Assembly: GCA_037447605.1 (NCBI GenBank)
Contig: CM074815.1
Coordinates: forward strand, 930,001-994,000
Direction: 5' to 3'
Source of the DNA: Zygnema circumcarinatum SAG 698-1b
Taxonomy: Eukaryota; Plantae; Zygnematophyceae
DNA: 64,000 nt
Part shown: in pieces, positions 39,290-56,184 of the stretch
How the letters are laid out: every line of letters starts with the position of its first letter
Numbering within the stretch: position 1 is the stretch's first letter
The notes under the pieces: generated by a model
Told to the model about the DNA's origin: nothing
What the model saw: only the letters and a program-made list of their open reading frames with translations
The model's database searches: none
Program-made: the position numbers and the translations under genes

Positions 39290-40367
39290 CGGTGCGGGAA
39301 TGGCAATAACATCACGGTATGTGGAACTATCCAATCCCATGGACAGGCCACCAACCACTCGTTCTTCTGTTGATGAGCCTAGAAGTAGATTTCTAGGCTT
39401 GTAGGCTTTTCCTTTTGGTCCTCAGGTCCTTTGTGACCGATTCCTTTGGTTCCCCATGTTGATTTCATCCATGTAGATTTGATAGCCTCGCCATCGTGAG
39501 GTCAATGCCGTTGCTTATTCTCCCTTTATCCGTTGGGGGCTCGTTCAAACGAAACAAGCAAACGTGGCAGCCACGAAGACCCCACGTTGGCACACCGCAA
39601 CTTCATGGAACCCGTAAACACCGTTGCGTACCACAGTGAAACTGTCGATGGAACCCCGTCCCACCGTTATCCCACAGTTGCCAACCGCTCGACTGGTTTG
39701 GAACCATTGGATCCAACGCTTGCCAACAATTCGAATGGTTCCGAACCATTGTGCAAGACCGAAACAACTATTCAAATGGTTTGGAACCCACTGAGTCTAA
39801 TGGCTGCCATTCATTAGATCCCATGGGTTTCAAACCATTCGAATGGTTGGCAACCATTGGAATGGTCCAGAACCATTGGCGAGTTTAATATTGGGTCGTG
39901 TGTGTAATTTGGTGGGTTGCAACCGTTGACAACCTTGAGCTCGATGGATCGGAACCATTGGAAGTCCAACCATTGCCATCCAATGGTTGTCCAATGGTTT
40001 GCCGATCCAATTGCGCCCCTCTGATCCACTTGACTCCGAATCCCAAAACGACAAACCATGCGAGGGCTACGGTACAGCCACAGCGAAAAGCCCAAATCTC
40101 AATGTGTCGGCAGCGGCGGATTGGCTCCACCGACAATGCGTGCTGCCGCTATCCCTTGAACCCCATTGGCTGAAACTTTATGGACGTGCAACCGCCCTCT
40201 CCGATTGGCCCAAAAGCCCGCACTGCAAACGACGACTCCCATTGGTCCCGGACAACGCCGACGACCTCGAGCCCTCCAAGACCCGCCGCCTAAATGAGGC
40301 TTGCCAGCCCGCACTCCCTCCCGCGCTCCCTTCCTCCCTCCCCGCTCTCCCTCCTCCCTCTCCCGCC

Positions 40368-43870
<3,503 letters not shown>

Positions 43871-45177
43871 CGCTTTTCCGTATTGCGAATGGGTCATTCA
43901 AGTGCAATAGCTGGAGGTGAGAGATGATTCCCTTGCAAATCTCTCGGGCGACTCACAAACAAACCTCGAGATGTACAGATTTGAAGAAAATTGATTGATA
44001 TTGTTCTTTGCATTTAAAGAAGAGTAAGAGTAGGAAACAGTGGCAATTTTCATAATTGCGTACATTTCACCTCAGAATAAAGAGGATTTTTTAGCCAGAA
44101 CTTAGGAATTAGCTAGAGCTGGTGCGAGGCATTGGCCTGTAGGGAGGATACCAGAGGACTTTAGGGCTCTGAAGGAGCACATTTTTGAAGGAGCTTGTTG
44201 TGGTTGACCAGCCTCTTCTAGGCTGCCATAGTCAGCGGCGGATCCAGGAGTTTAGATTAGGGCGAGCTGAGAAGGGAGTTGGGAAAAGAATCTGAAATTT
44301 GAGTGCATTTTTGCTATTCAACCTTCAAAGGCGAACAGCTTTTCAAAATCTGATGGGGGGGGGCCTAGCTTCTCTAGAGAACAGCGTGGGTCAGCCACTC
44401 GCCGTAGAGTCATTGGAGTGGAGAAGTTCTGAAGTTCTCCTACCAACATTCTTTTTTTGTTAATTGGATAACCTGTGACCTCGTTGCTTGTTCAAAGTTG
44501 ACGCGTTTTCTGCCCGTCCCATGAGTCATCGCCTCCTCGGACTTGCCTTCCATCACGTGCGTTGACTGAGCTCCTTCATTTCTATGCATTTTTTGCCAAA
44601 CCATTGTTTGCCAATGCTTGACAACCGTTGCCATGGGCCAACCGGCTTCCAACCATTGGCTGGTTCCTCTGGCTTTGTCGACCACAAGGCTCCTTCCGTC
44701 TCGCCATTTGTATGTTACCCGAAACTTTCAACCCCTTGGCACTACCGTAGGGCGATAAGTTGTATGACGCACGTTGACCGAAATATTATATAATTTTCAA
44801 TTCAAAGCAACATTTTCCAGCCCAGTATGATAAAGCAGTCTGGCCTCGACTAAAATTTATCGCCATTAATCAAAAAACGAACGTGGCCATACCCCAATTG
44901 CGAGCTTCACAACTCGTGTGGCCCAGACTGAAGGCTATGGCCGGTGCCCTGTCAAGAGATTTAGTCGATTAGTGTTTAGGCAGATTTTACCGCCTAAAGT
45001 TTTAACCATGATAGAAGCATTCAGGCAGCAGAAAGGAGAGCGGGATGAAGTGAACAGGATGTTGGACATATGAAATGACAGAATTTTCTTGAAGCGTACC
45101 CCAGCCATGGTGGGGCTGGGGATTTTCTGTATATCAAAAAGTCTCCTTATAGACTCAAAAACCCTAAAATGCAAACT

Positions 45178-46599
45178 TTCATTGAACTCGCGATGGCGAG
45201 GCCATCAAATTTACATGGATAAAGGCAAAATGTGGAACCACGAAGGACTGGTCACAAAGGACCGAAACACAATAAAACGAAGCTAGGAGCGGAAAACTAA
45301 AAACTATTTTGCTTCGGACGATTCCGAAGGTCAAAGACCGTACTAGGGCGTATCGTTTTTGGTACAGTTCCCCTCCTTGATTAAGGAAAGTTCTATTTAC
45401 AGTGTGCTTTTTCTAAAAACAGTCACTTTTTCGCCGGGCAGTTTTAACAAAGGATTTTTTAGCGAAAAATGCTGTTTTACACTTTTCAGAATAGATACAG
45501 ATCTTTTTTCGTCGGGTGTGCGGATGGTGATTTGAATGTACGAAGCGCGCGCGTCTACAAGGTATAAGGGCGCAACACGAGCGCGACAAGTTGGTCGCGG
45601 CAACATATGACGTGACAAGTATGTTTGGGACCGTGACGTGACGAAACGAGACGGGAAAAAAGTGGAGTCCTCGGACGGCAGTAATTAAAACTGACACTTT
45701 AAAAACCCATTTTTCGTGTGGCGCCTTCTGCGTTTTTGGGTAGTTGGGCTCTCGTTGCTCCTATTTTGGCTTCGCGTTTTATTGTGGCTGATCGTCCGTT
45801 GCTTCAGTCTGTTGTCGCTCATGTTGATGATGGTGATCTTCCGTTTCAGGTTGCATTGCGTGACGCCCATGGTTTGCTTCCTGNNNNNNNNNNCAGGAAG
45901 CAAACCATGGGCGTCACGCAATGCAACCTGAAACGGAAGATCACCATCATCAACATGAGCGACAACAGACTGAAGCAACGGACGATCAGCCACAATAAAA
46001 CGCGAAGCCAAAATAGGAGCAACGAGAGCCCAACTACCCAAAAACGCAGAAGGCGCCACACGAAAAATGGGTTTTTAAAGTGTCAGTTTTAATTACTGCC
46101 GTCCGAGGACTCCACTTTTTTCCCGTCTCGTTTCGTCACGTCACGGTCCCAAACATACTTGTCACGTCATATGTTGCCGCGACCAACTTGTCGCGCTCGT
46201 GTTGCGCCCTTATACCTTGTAGACGCGCGCGCTTCGTACATTCAAATCACCATCCGCACACCCGACGAAAAAAGATCTGTATCTATTCTGAAAAGTGTAA
46301 AACAGCATTTTTCGCTAAAAAATCCTTTGTTAAAACTGCCCGGCGAAAAAGTGACTGTTTTTAGAAAAAGCACACTGTAAATAGAACTTTCCTTAATCAA
46401 GGAGGGGAACTGTACCAAAAACGATACGCCCTAGTACGGTCTTTGACCTTCGGAATCGTCCGAAGCAAAATAGTTTTTAGTTTTCCGCTCCTAGCTTCGT
46501 TTTATTGTGTTTCGGTCCTTTGTGACCAGTCCTTCGTGGTTCCACATTTTGCCTTTGTCCATGTACATTTGATGGCCTCGCCATCGCGAGTTCAATGAA
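45178..46599. repeat. 706-bp inverted repeat centred on an N gap (possible scaffolding artefact or foldback element)
   Basis: 45178-45883 is the reverse complement of 45894-46599. By eye the only mismatches are two in the outermost ~45 bp, and there is no TSD. Confidence 0.85.
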
Positions 46600-46975
46600 G
46601 GTTCCACTTCCGAAGCAAAATTGACTGATAGTTTTGTCAGTACTTTTGGGCGTGACGTCACCTTCCACCTACGAAACATCCCTGAAGTGTCGTTCCATGC
46701 TCCATCTGCAAGTTCCGTTGACCCAATAGCGCGCGCACACACGGACGCTTATTTGCGCTCGGGACTGACCGCAGGTACTGTACGGGAACTAACAGCGCTC
46801 CCATTGGCTTACGAGATATGCACGTGCAACCGCGCACCGCGACCAGTCAAAGATCGCGGGGCTCCGTGGGACAGCTGTCAGGCGTGCGCTTAAAGCCGAC
46901 GGCGCACAAACTGCGGTTTCGCGCATCTGTTCCGCCCCCACTCCCTCCCCCGTCTCCCGCACTCCCTCTCCCGCC

Positions 46976-49257
46976 ATGGCGGCCTCCTTCTCCCTCTCCC
47001 TCTCCCTCTCCCTTTCCCTCTCCCTCCTCTTTCTCTGCGCCCTCCCCACCGCGCTCTCCTCCCGCCTGATGCGGACCTCTCCGAAGGCCATGTACGACCC
47101 AACCCTGGTCCGCCACGTGGCGCTCGGCGACGTGATGGGCGCGCCCTGCGAGAAGTACGGGTCGACCCTCCACTTTTTGGGCATCCCGTTCGCGCTGCCG
47201 CCGGTCGGTGACCTGCGCTTCCGCCCGCCGCAGAAGTACGACATTCCGCACCCCTCGCCGGCGTACATGGCGGTGCAGAACGCGCCCATCTGCAGCTCGC
47301 TCTGCNNNNNNNNNNGCCGGCTTGTTCCATTCAGCAATTAGCGAGAGCCCCCCCTGCGTGTTCCTTGCGAACTTGGAGCAGGTCATCTCTCTCCTCTCAT
47401 CCTCGGTTCTCTAGTAAACATTAATTTCAATCAATTTCCACATAAACATTAACCAATAACACCCTTGCAAACGCCCTATCTCCACTAACTCATGCTCAAA
47501 TTTTGGTCCTTATTTGTCATCCTTCTTGTTCTTGCAGAGCTATGCATACACTTCCCAGTTCTTGCCTCGGGTGGGATGCGATGGGCTGAAAGATTCCGCT
47601 GCGGAGTTGGAGTGTCTGCGTGCGCTGCCGTGGAACGTTCTTTCGAACTCCACGGACCGCATGCTGGAACTTTACAACGTGCCGCTCGACTCGTGCGCGT
47701 TCCGGGATCGATTTGCGCTGTTTGATTACGTTGTGGATGGGGTAATTGTCCCACTACAGGTTCATGACGCGCTTGAACAAGGAAAATTCCATAAAGGTCC
47801 CTTCAGATCTCCCTCCCTCTCTATCCCTCTCTCGCTCTCTCTCTCTCTTCCCATCTCCCCCTCTCCCTTTCTCTCTCTCCCCCCATCTCCTCATTGACCT
47901 CTCTCTGAGTCTCGCTGCCCTTCTCTTTTCACGATTTCTTTTGCCTGCTATTGTTGAAATATATTTTTTGCCATGCGTAAAGCCTAGCGGTTTGGATTGA
48001 AAGGTTTTATGGCGCTACACCCATCCACGTCAGTGCCTCAAGTCTTAGCCAGTATGGAACAAGAGTATAGGTCATTTAGAACCCATCCGTTTCTTACTGA
48101 ACATTGTACTCGCAGCCGATGGTCTTTGCAGTTCCCTACATGGTTGGAACAACTGTCGATGAGCAAAGTTCTCTCGTGAGCATCCTCTTTGGCATGGACA
48201 ATCTTACCCATGAAACAGTTGCCGAAGCTTTGAGGACCATATACCCCGGCACAGAGGTGGAACCTGTGCTGGAAGCATATCCCGAATCTTTCTTTGCAAG
48301 TAAGCCCTCTGAGCATTTGTTCTCCATTTTCTAAAAACATAAAAAAAATCTGGAATAATGAACGAAAAAATGGCAAATGGAAAGGGTCTTGTTCTTTTCC
48401 CTCTTTCCTTCCCCGGACTCCATCCCTCCTCTCGTCACCTTTTCCTCCCACAACTCTCTCCTCTTCCTCCTTATCAGGCATCGCTATTGCTGACATACCA
48501 CCTACTCCCTTTCTACTCCCTTTCTTTTTCTCTCCTCGCTCTGAATTCAGCTGATCCTCAGCCCGAATTCGCCCGCCTTGTTCAAATCCTCACCGACATT
48601 CTCTTCAATTGCCCAGTTCACAGCCGTCTTCTGGCACGCGCTAAGTACTTGTCCGAAGCGCCCACCTGGGTATACAAGTGGGGCGCCACTCCTTCCTGCC
48701 CCCCCGAGTTTGTAGAGCTCAGAGCGCGCCACACAGCGGAGATTGACTTCGTATTCGGAATCCTGCCGACAATCGATTTCCCGAGCGGAGAATGCACCTT
48801 CACTCCGGTACCCTATCCTGTGCCCTTCGTGCTTTCTCCCCTCTTTCCTACCATTGTAAAGCGAGATCATTGACGTTTTACTCAAAAAGCAAACAATCCA
48901 GCAATATACTTCGGCTTCTTCAGCCATTCATCCCAATGCCTCGTCATCATGTAGAGTATCCTTTTTTTGTAGGTCACTAATGGCGTGGTGCATGTGCAGG
49001 TGGAAGTGGAACTCTCCCACATTGTACTCACTGCATGGACGAGTATGGCGAGGCATGGCACCCCCGCGTGGGCCAATGGCACAGTCTGGGCTCCCTGGGA
49101 CAGCGACCTCCAGAGGGCGACCTTCCTCGACAAGGGCTACACCTCCATTGTGGCGACTGATCGAGTGCAGGCTCGCTGCCAAGTCCTCCTCGATCAGTCG
49201 ATCATGGCCAGGCTCACGCAACCAGGTCTTATTGACATGGGGACGGGGGAGGCTTAA
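46976..49257 (+). CDS. Secreted type-B carboxylesterase, tandem copy 2 (exons 2 to part of 5 fall in the N gap at 47306-47315)
   Basis: Same exon structure and motifs as copy 1. The 3' flank 49258-50400 is homologous to 43871-45008. Confidence 0.85.
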
Positions 49258-51911
49258 TGCTTGTCCGTATTGCGAATTGGTCATTCAAGTGCAATAGCTG
49301 GAGGTGAGAGGTGATTCCCTTGCAAATCTCTCGGGCTACTCACAAACGAACCTCGAGATGTACAGATTTGAAGAAAATTGAAGAATACTGATTGAATATT
49401 GATTGATATTGTTCTTTGCGTTTAAAGAAGAGGAAGAGTAGGAAAAAGCGACAATTTTCATAATTGTGTATATTTTACACTCAGAATAGAGAGGATTTTT
49501 AGCCAGAACTTAGGAAATTAGGTAGAGCTGGTGCGAGGGACTGGCCTGTAGAGAGGTTACAAGAGAACCTTAGCGCTCCGAAGAAGCACATTTTTGAAGG
49601 AGCTTGTTGTGGTTAACCAGCCTCTTCTAGGCTGCCATAGTCAGCGGCGGATCTAGGAGTTTATATTCGGACGAGCTGACTACCGAGTTGGGAAAAGCAT
49701 CCAAAATTTGAGTGTATTTTTGCTATTCAACCTTCAAAGGCGAACAGCTTTTCAAAATCTGAAGGGGGGGGACTAGCCTCTCTGGAGCCAGCGTGGGTCA
49801 GTCACTCGCCGTAGTGTCATTGGAGTGGAAGTTCTGAAGTTCTCCTATTCTTTTTTGTGAATTGGATAACCTGTGACCTCGTTGCTTGTTCAAAGTTGAC
49901 GCGTTTTCTGCCCGTCCCATGAGTCACCGCCTGCTCGGACTTGCCTCCCTTCACGTGCGTTGACTGAGCTCCTGCATTTCTATGCATTTTTTGCCAAACC
50001 ATTGTTTGCCAATGCTTGACCACCGTTACCATGGGCCAACCGGCTTCCAACCATTGGCTGGTTTCTCTGGCTTTGTCGACGAGAAGGCTCCTTCGTCTCG
50101 CCATTTTTGTAGAACTTTTAACCCCTTGGCACTACCGAAGGGCGTGAAGTTGTATGGCGCACGTTGACCGAAATATTATAAAATTTTCAATTTACAGCAA
50201 TATTTTCCAGCCGAGTCTCATAAAACAGTCTGGCCTCGACTAAAATTTATCGCCATTAATCAAAAAACGAAGGCGTCCATACCCCAATTGCGAGCTTCGC
50301 AATTCGTGTGGCCCAGACTGAAGGGTATGGTCGGTGCCCTATCGAGAGATTTAGTCGATTAGTGGTTATGCAGATTTTACACCGCCTCAAATTTTAACCA
50401 CCGAGGAGGGGATCGTGCTTTTCTATCCGCCATTCACAGATTTAAAACCAAAAAAAAAAAAGCTAGCGGGGTTGGTAGCCGCCCATGGTAGGTGCTTTGG
50501 TCGAAGCATAAATTGAGAGGGAGAACATTGAGACTTATCCCTTGATGTCGGCTGTGAGAAGCCGTACGTGAAGCTTGCCTGAATGTGGTGAAGCGTCACA
50601 ACATGAGGGTGGTGGTCTTGCAGTGGAGTATAGATAGCAGGAGAGTAGCTTTTGCTGCATGCTTGTACTTCAGTTAAGAAATTAAGTGTTTTAGGCCGTG
50701 GTGCTTTCTCTTTCCTCCTTGTCTTTCTGTTCTGTCTTTCATTCTTTGCCTGGGGCTATTATATGCTTTGTAAGTGAGATCTTGTGCTTCCGCAAAGGTG
50801 GCCTCTCCTAGTCCAAGGCGTGGAGGGATGCCATCCTCAGAGGCATCCTCTAGCAAGTCTGAAGGCTCCGCATCTACACAATCGGCAGATACTTTAAATC
50901 ACAGCACTCAACAGATAATGTTTTAAAACTTGACCAAGAGCCCAAGCATTCTATGCTATCCCCTCTCAAAGCTCCGGGCCAAAATCTCCAGCGTTGTAAC
51001 CTTTGTACTAGTCATTCCTAGAACCCAGCCTCAACACAAACATGATCGATTATGGTCGCTACGATCCAAGGCTCTAGGGTACGTTTTCATGGTCCAACTT
51101 CATTCATTCAGTTAAACGAATGCTGTTGTGGTTCAACATTGCTCATGTCATTTCGCACGAGTGAATGGTTGAGCGTGTTCGAGACAGTCGACGCTAAATA
51201 AAATTTGTAATACTCTTGTAATACTCTTGCACATTGGCGGCTGCTTCTAGGGCTGCGTTGTTGTGCCTAGGCGTAGTTTTCAGCCCTTAGCTTCGTTTTA
51301 TTGTGTTTCGGTCCGTTGCGACCAGTCCCTGTCCCTGTCCCGTCACATTTTGCCGCTTTCAATCATGATCAATCTTTCAATCATGTTGCTGCTTTCAATA
51401 ATGGGTATTAGGGGGAGTCAGACCTTGACCATCGCCCGCGGAATTGGAAGATTCCGCCGGCGGAAAGGTATTGATTTCGATTGCAGAATTCGGGTCGGAA
51501 ACCGCGGCTCCCCCCGAACCTGTCTGTCCCGTCCGTACTTCGAAATAGGTTACAAAAATGAGATACAGGCTCGGCGCCCGAGCCTGTCGAACGTCCACTT
51601 TTGGCGAAAAAGGCCTGCCGTACAACGCGGAATTGGCCCGACGGGCTCGCGGAATTGGTTTGGCGCTGGTCAAGGTCTGACTCCCCCTATTGTGTTGCGC
51701 CCTTAATACTTTGTAAACGCGCGCGATTCGTACTGTACATTCAAATCACCATCCGTACACCCAACGAAAAAAGGCCTGTATCTATTCTGAATAGTATGAA
51801 ACAGCATTTCTCGCTAAAAAATCCTTTGTACAAGCTGCCCGGCGAAAAAGTGACTGTTTTCAGAAAAAAAGGACACTGTAAATAGTAGGGATGGCCCGCG
51901 TTATAAAGTCC

Positions 51912-52535
51912 GGGTAACTCTACTGCACCCCCGCGTTTTGTCTTTCGCACCCCCGTTTTGAAAATTTTTCCTGCCCGTTTTGGTTACCCCCCAGTTTTGA
52001 ATATTTCGGGAAAAAATCTTTTTCCCGCCCCTTTCGTCCCCTCCGCTGCCCCCTGTTGCGAAACGCGATAAAATTGAATGTATGATCGTTCGTTTATGTC
52101 CGCGGTTGCCTTTTAACGGTAAAGTTTATCGGTGGGTACCGGGAGGTGTCGAGTTCGGTTGTTTCATTCCCCCTCCCTTCATTATTTTTTGGACATTCCA
52201 TCCCCTCGTTTTCTCCTTTTCACTATTGACTTCCAACAATGTGCGACAAAATAAAAGGGGATTTGCATTGGTCTCAAGATGGTGAGGCCATCAAATAAAC
52301 ATTGACAAAGTCAACATGGGAACCACAAGAAATTAGTCGCAAATGAAACAAGCACAAAATAAAAAAACTAGGATCAAAAAACTAAACTAAAATAAGCTTA
52401 AGTACAAAAACGCAACCTTAAACACAACTGCAAAGGTCACCAATGTTGGGCAACTGTTACTCTCTGTTTTCAGGTTACCCCTAATAAAGGCAAGATCTTA
52501 AATTGTGGCCTGCTTGCTTGCAATTGGAACATTTT
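51912..52535. mobile_element. Second copy of the Mutator-like MITE, truncated by an N gap
   Basis: Starts GGGTAACTCTACTGCACCCCCGCG and aligns with 4705-~5345 in both the TIR and the interior. Confidence 0.88.
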
Positions 52536-52545
52536 NNNNNNNNNN

Positions 52546-55500
52546 CGAATGTGACATGCTACACATGTGGCAAGACCGGCCACTATTCTAGCGACTGTTT
52601 CAAAAACAAAGGCAGTCTTGAGAAGGGAGGAAACGCGACTTCATCCGGCAAGAAAGAGAAGAAGGTGTTCAGCGGCACTTGTTTCAAGTGCAAGAAGAGA
52701 GGTCACAAGAGTTCAGACTGCAAGGTAGCAGTTGAGAGCAACCTCATGCTGGCAGAGAATACTGAGCACGATTTTGTGGGAAGGATTCAGGCAGAGGACC
52801 TGAAGCGGCCGTGGCTGATTGACTCCGGCGCTTCCACGCATATGTGCGGAGACACATCGATGTTCTCCAAGCTCGACAACTTGGAGAAGGCTCGCTCAGT
52901 TCATTCAGCAACCGGTGAAGGAGTCACCGTGACGAGAGGTGGAGCCGTGAGGATGGTCCTCGGAGACGGCTCAGTCATCAATGAAGACGATGTTCAGGAG
53001 AAACTGCACATTGGTGATGTTCTTCACACCCCTGGCCTCATGCAGAATTTCATGTCTGTGAGCCAAGTGTGCAAGAAGGGATACAGTGTTCTGTTTGAGG
53101 AGAAGTCATGCGTGGCTATCCACTCAGAAACTGGGAGACAGCTGTTCAAGGGTTATGAGAGAGGAGGGCTGTATTATCTTGATTATAAGAGGGAGAATCA
53201 TGAGGAGGTGAATGCGGTTTGAGAATGCGTAGATGCTTATGGCATAAAGTAGACTTGGTCACCCACCCACCACTGAGAGGCATGAAATTTGTTGGTGAGG
53301 GCTGAGATCCGTGGAGGCTGAACTTGGGGTGTAGTCAGGAAGAGGTGGGGGTTTTGCAGTGTGGAGGGCAAGGCGCCCGCGAGGACCATTCGTGAGGGTG
53401 GAGGCGAGTCTGTCGGCCTTGAGAGAAGTTGGGCGGGTACATTCACGGCATTGTGGCGATTACACGGCGACCGATGTGGCGGGCGAGGTGTGCCGTCACC
53501 TTCGCGGCGACTGTCGAGGAAGATTTGGATTACGCACTCACGGGAAGAACAAGTCCCGGCTTAGGGCCTTTGAGGCTGGCTGAACGGTAGGAGGCAGAGC
53601 GGGGACTGGGCGAAGGCTCACGTTGGGACAATGGTGGCCGAGTTCAAATCAGGGGAAAGGAGGAGATTACAGCGGCGTTCGAAGGAACGTATAAGGCGCC
53701 GAGTCCTGACCCCCTATTCCCCTGAGTAATGGGCGGCTGAATGTGTGAATAGGACAGTGGGGGTTATGGCGAGGACCATGTTGATTAATTCCCCCTTTAG
53801 GCTTCCTTTTGGGGCGGTTTCTGGTACGCTTACATTAGGAGCGGATGTAAGTCTTAAATTGCGAGAAAGACCCAGTCCACAGCGGATGTGGAGTGGGGAG
53901 GGAAGCCCGCAGTTTCCCGAGGACCTTTGGCGATCTTTGGCTGCCTTTGCCCAAAGTAGCGCGGCGAAGAAAATTCGACGAGCGGTGGAGGGGCCTCACG
54001 TGCTTTCGGCTACAACACCGTGACCCGCGCACTGCGAGGGTTTGGAACCCTCGGTGAAGGAAGTTCTCGGGCGAGGGCATTAGGTTGATGAATGGTGGTT
54101 GGCGTGTTGCGGGAAGACTCGAGATCTTACCTCGCGTCGAGCCATTCGAGATCATTAATGCGAGGAGGAGGAAGCTTGATTGGAAGAAGGGTGGTGGCGT
54201 GCGGGGGTGCGGCCGCGTGGCAAATGAAGGAGCCGAAGCCGGCGGCGGCGACGATGAAGCGGTGATGATGGAAGGCGCCGTGGGCATCTTGGAGGAGCCG
54301 CACAGTTAAATGAGCGATTCCCCTTCACACTCACTCCGGTGGTGTTGAAAGGAGAGAGGAACTTCAGTGGAAACCGGTCCAGCAGCGCGCAAGGTGAAGG
54401 ATCTTGAAGCTGGCCCAGAGGAAGCAATGTTGGCGAACATACCCCGAGGTTTTGTTCTGGACTCTACTTCTACCGAGGAGGGGCCGAAGTCTGAAGACAG
54501 TCGGGCGGCGGGGCTGCGGCGACCAGGTCGGTTTTAAGCACGGTACTGTCGATCCAGAGAGTGCCTTCCAGATTGGTGACTTGCTTGTGGGGAGTTGCCT
54601 TGTTTCATGATTACGAGCCCACGAGACCTTTGAGGCGCCTGGCGGAGTCGATGGCGATAAGTGGCGGGTTGCGATTGATAGCGAATGGGACAGCCTGATC
54701 GAGAACGGCACGTGGAGATTGGAGGAGCTGCCTCAAGGGAGGCGAGCTATCGGCTGCAAATGGGTCTTCAAAGTCAAGAGGAAAGCGGGGCGGAAGCGTG
54801 GATATAGGTACAAAGCGCTGATTGGTGTAGCGAAGGATACGGCCCGGCGTTATGGGATTGACTACACATGGAGGCGTTAGGCTCCGGTGGTAAAGTTCAA
54901 TTCCACGAGAGCCTTGATTTCCATTGCAGCGGCTGAAGGAATGCACGTCCATCAATTGGACATCAAGACGGCATTTCTGTATGGTGATCTCACGGAAGAG
55001 ATTTACATGGAGCAGCCGGAGGGGAAGGTCGTCCCCGGGAAGGAGCACCTAGTCTGTCGACTGGTGAAGAGTCTGTACGGCTTGAAGCAGGCGCCGAGAG
55101 TGTGGTACGAAAAGATTGACGATCTTTTGAGGAGGAATGACTTTGCTCGGTTTGAGACAGATCATTCGGTGTACCGTCAAGGAGAGGGAATTAGACATCA
55201 TGTTGGTTGGGATCTATGTGGCAGTCTCACATCATGGTGAGCCTCTCCGCTGAAGAATCAGTCTTTGAAGAATTGCTTGAGCAGAATTTCAAAATGTCGG
55301 TCTGGGAGAGCCGCGATATCACTGGCGGGAATGCGGTGAAGAGGCGGGGATGGAAGCTTGTTTATGTCAAAGTATGCTTGGATAGTGCTTGCCCGATTTC
55401 GAATGGAGGATGCTAGGCCGTGTTCCAGCCCCATGGAGATCGGCACTAGGCTTTCGAAGGAGATGTCACCTTCGTCGGATGCGGAGGCACAAAAGATGTT

Positions 55501-56184
55501 CGGAGTGCCATACAGATCCGCGATTGGGAGTCTAATGTACTTGATGATCGGAACGCGTCCGGACTTGGCGAAAGCGGTGAGCTCGGCCAGCCGATTCATG
55601 GAGAATCCGGGCCTCGAGCATTGGGAGGCAGTGAAGAGGATTTTCAGATATGTGAAGGGGACGCTCGATTACGGAATCAGGTATGAGAGGGGGCCAACCA
55701 GAGTGATTGGCTATACAGACTCAGATTGGGGAGGAGATGTCGATACGTCACGCTCGACTTCGGGTTTCGTTTACCTGAATGGAGGAGGAGCGATTTCGTG
55801 GAGATCCAAGTTGCAGGACTCGGTGGCGTTATCGAGCACGGAGGGCGAGTACATGGGTGCTTGTCATGCTTCGAAGGAAGGAGTGTGGTTCATGCAATTC
55901 TTTGAAGAATGCAAGAGGGACCAACGACCGATTACCTTGTTTACCGTCGACAATCAATGGTCGATTTGCCTGGTGGGGAAACCATGTTTCACAAAGAGGA
56001 TAACACATTGGTCTTGATATCATTATGCGGGTTGGTGAGGAGGGGCTTGATTGAGGTGAGAGTTGTGACAAGGGCGAGGCAGCGAATATGCTAACAAAGG
56101 GAGTTAGTGGGGAAACACTATTAGTCAACGGGAGGTTGATTGGGCTGGGGCCCGCGCAAAACTAGAAGTTCCAAAGAGGGGGAT
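52546..56184 (+). mobile_element. Ty1/copia retrotransposon internal region, degenerate (gag zinc knuckles, PR, IN, RT, RNase H)
   Basis: Two CCHC knuckles (CYTCGKTGHYSSDC, CFKCKKRGHKSSDC), WLIDSGASTHMC, a frameshifted integrase, HQLDIKTAFLYGDL..IYMEQPEG..LYGLKQAPR and GYTDSDWGGD..ALSSTEGEY. Multiple stops and frameshifts; PPT AAAGAGGGGGAT before 56185. Confidence 0.93.

Noticed and set aside
39750-39850. GGTTCCGAACC/GGTTTCAAACC words as tRNA or SINE B-boxes
   Set aside because: No cloverleaf or A-box at proper spacing; the words belong to the AACCATT motif array.
50460-51000. Possible tyrosine-recombinase or other TE remnant
   Set aside because: All frames are interrupted and no catalytic motif could be aligned convincingly.
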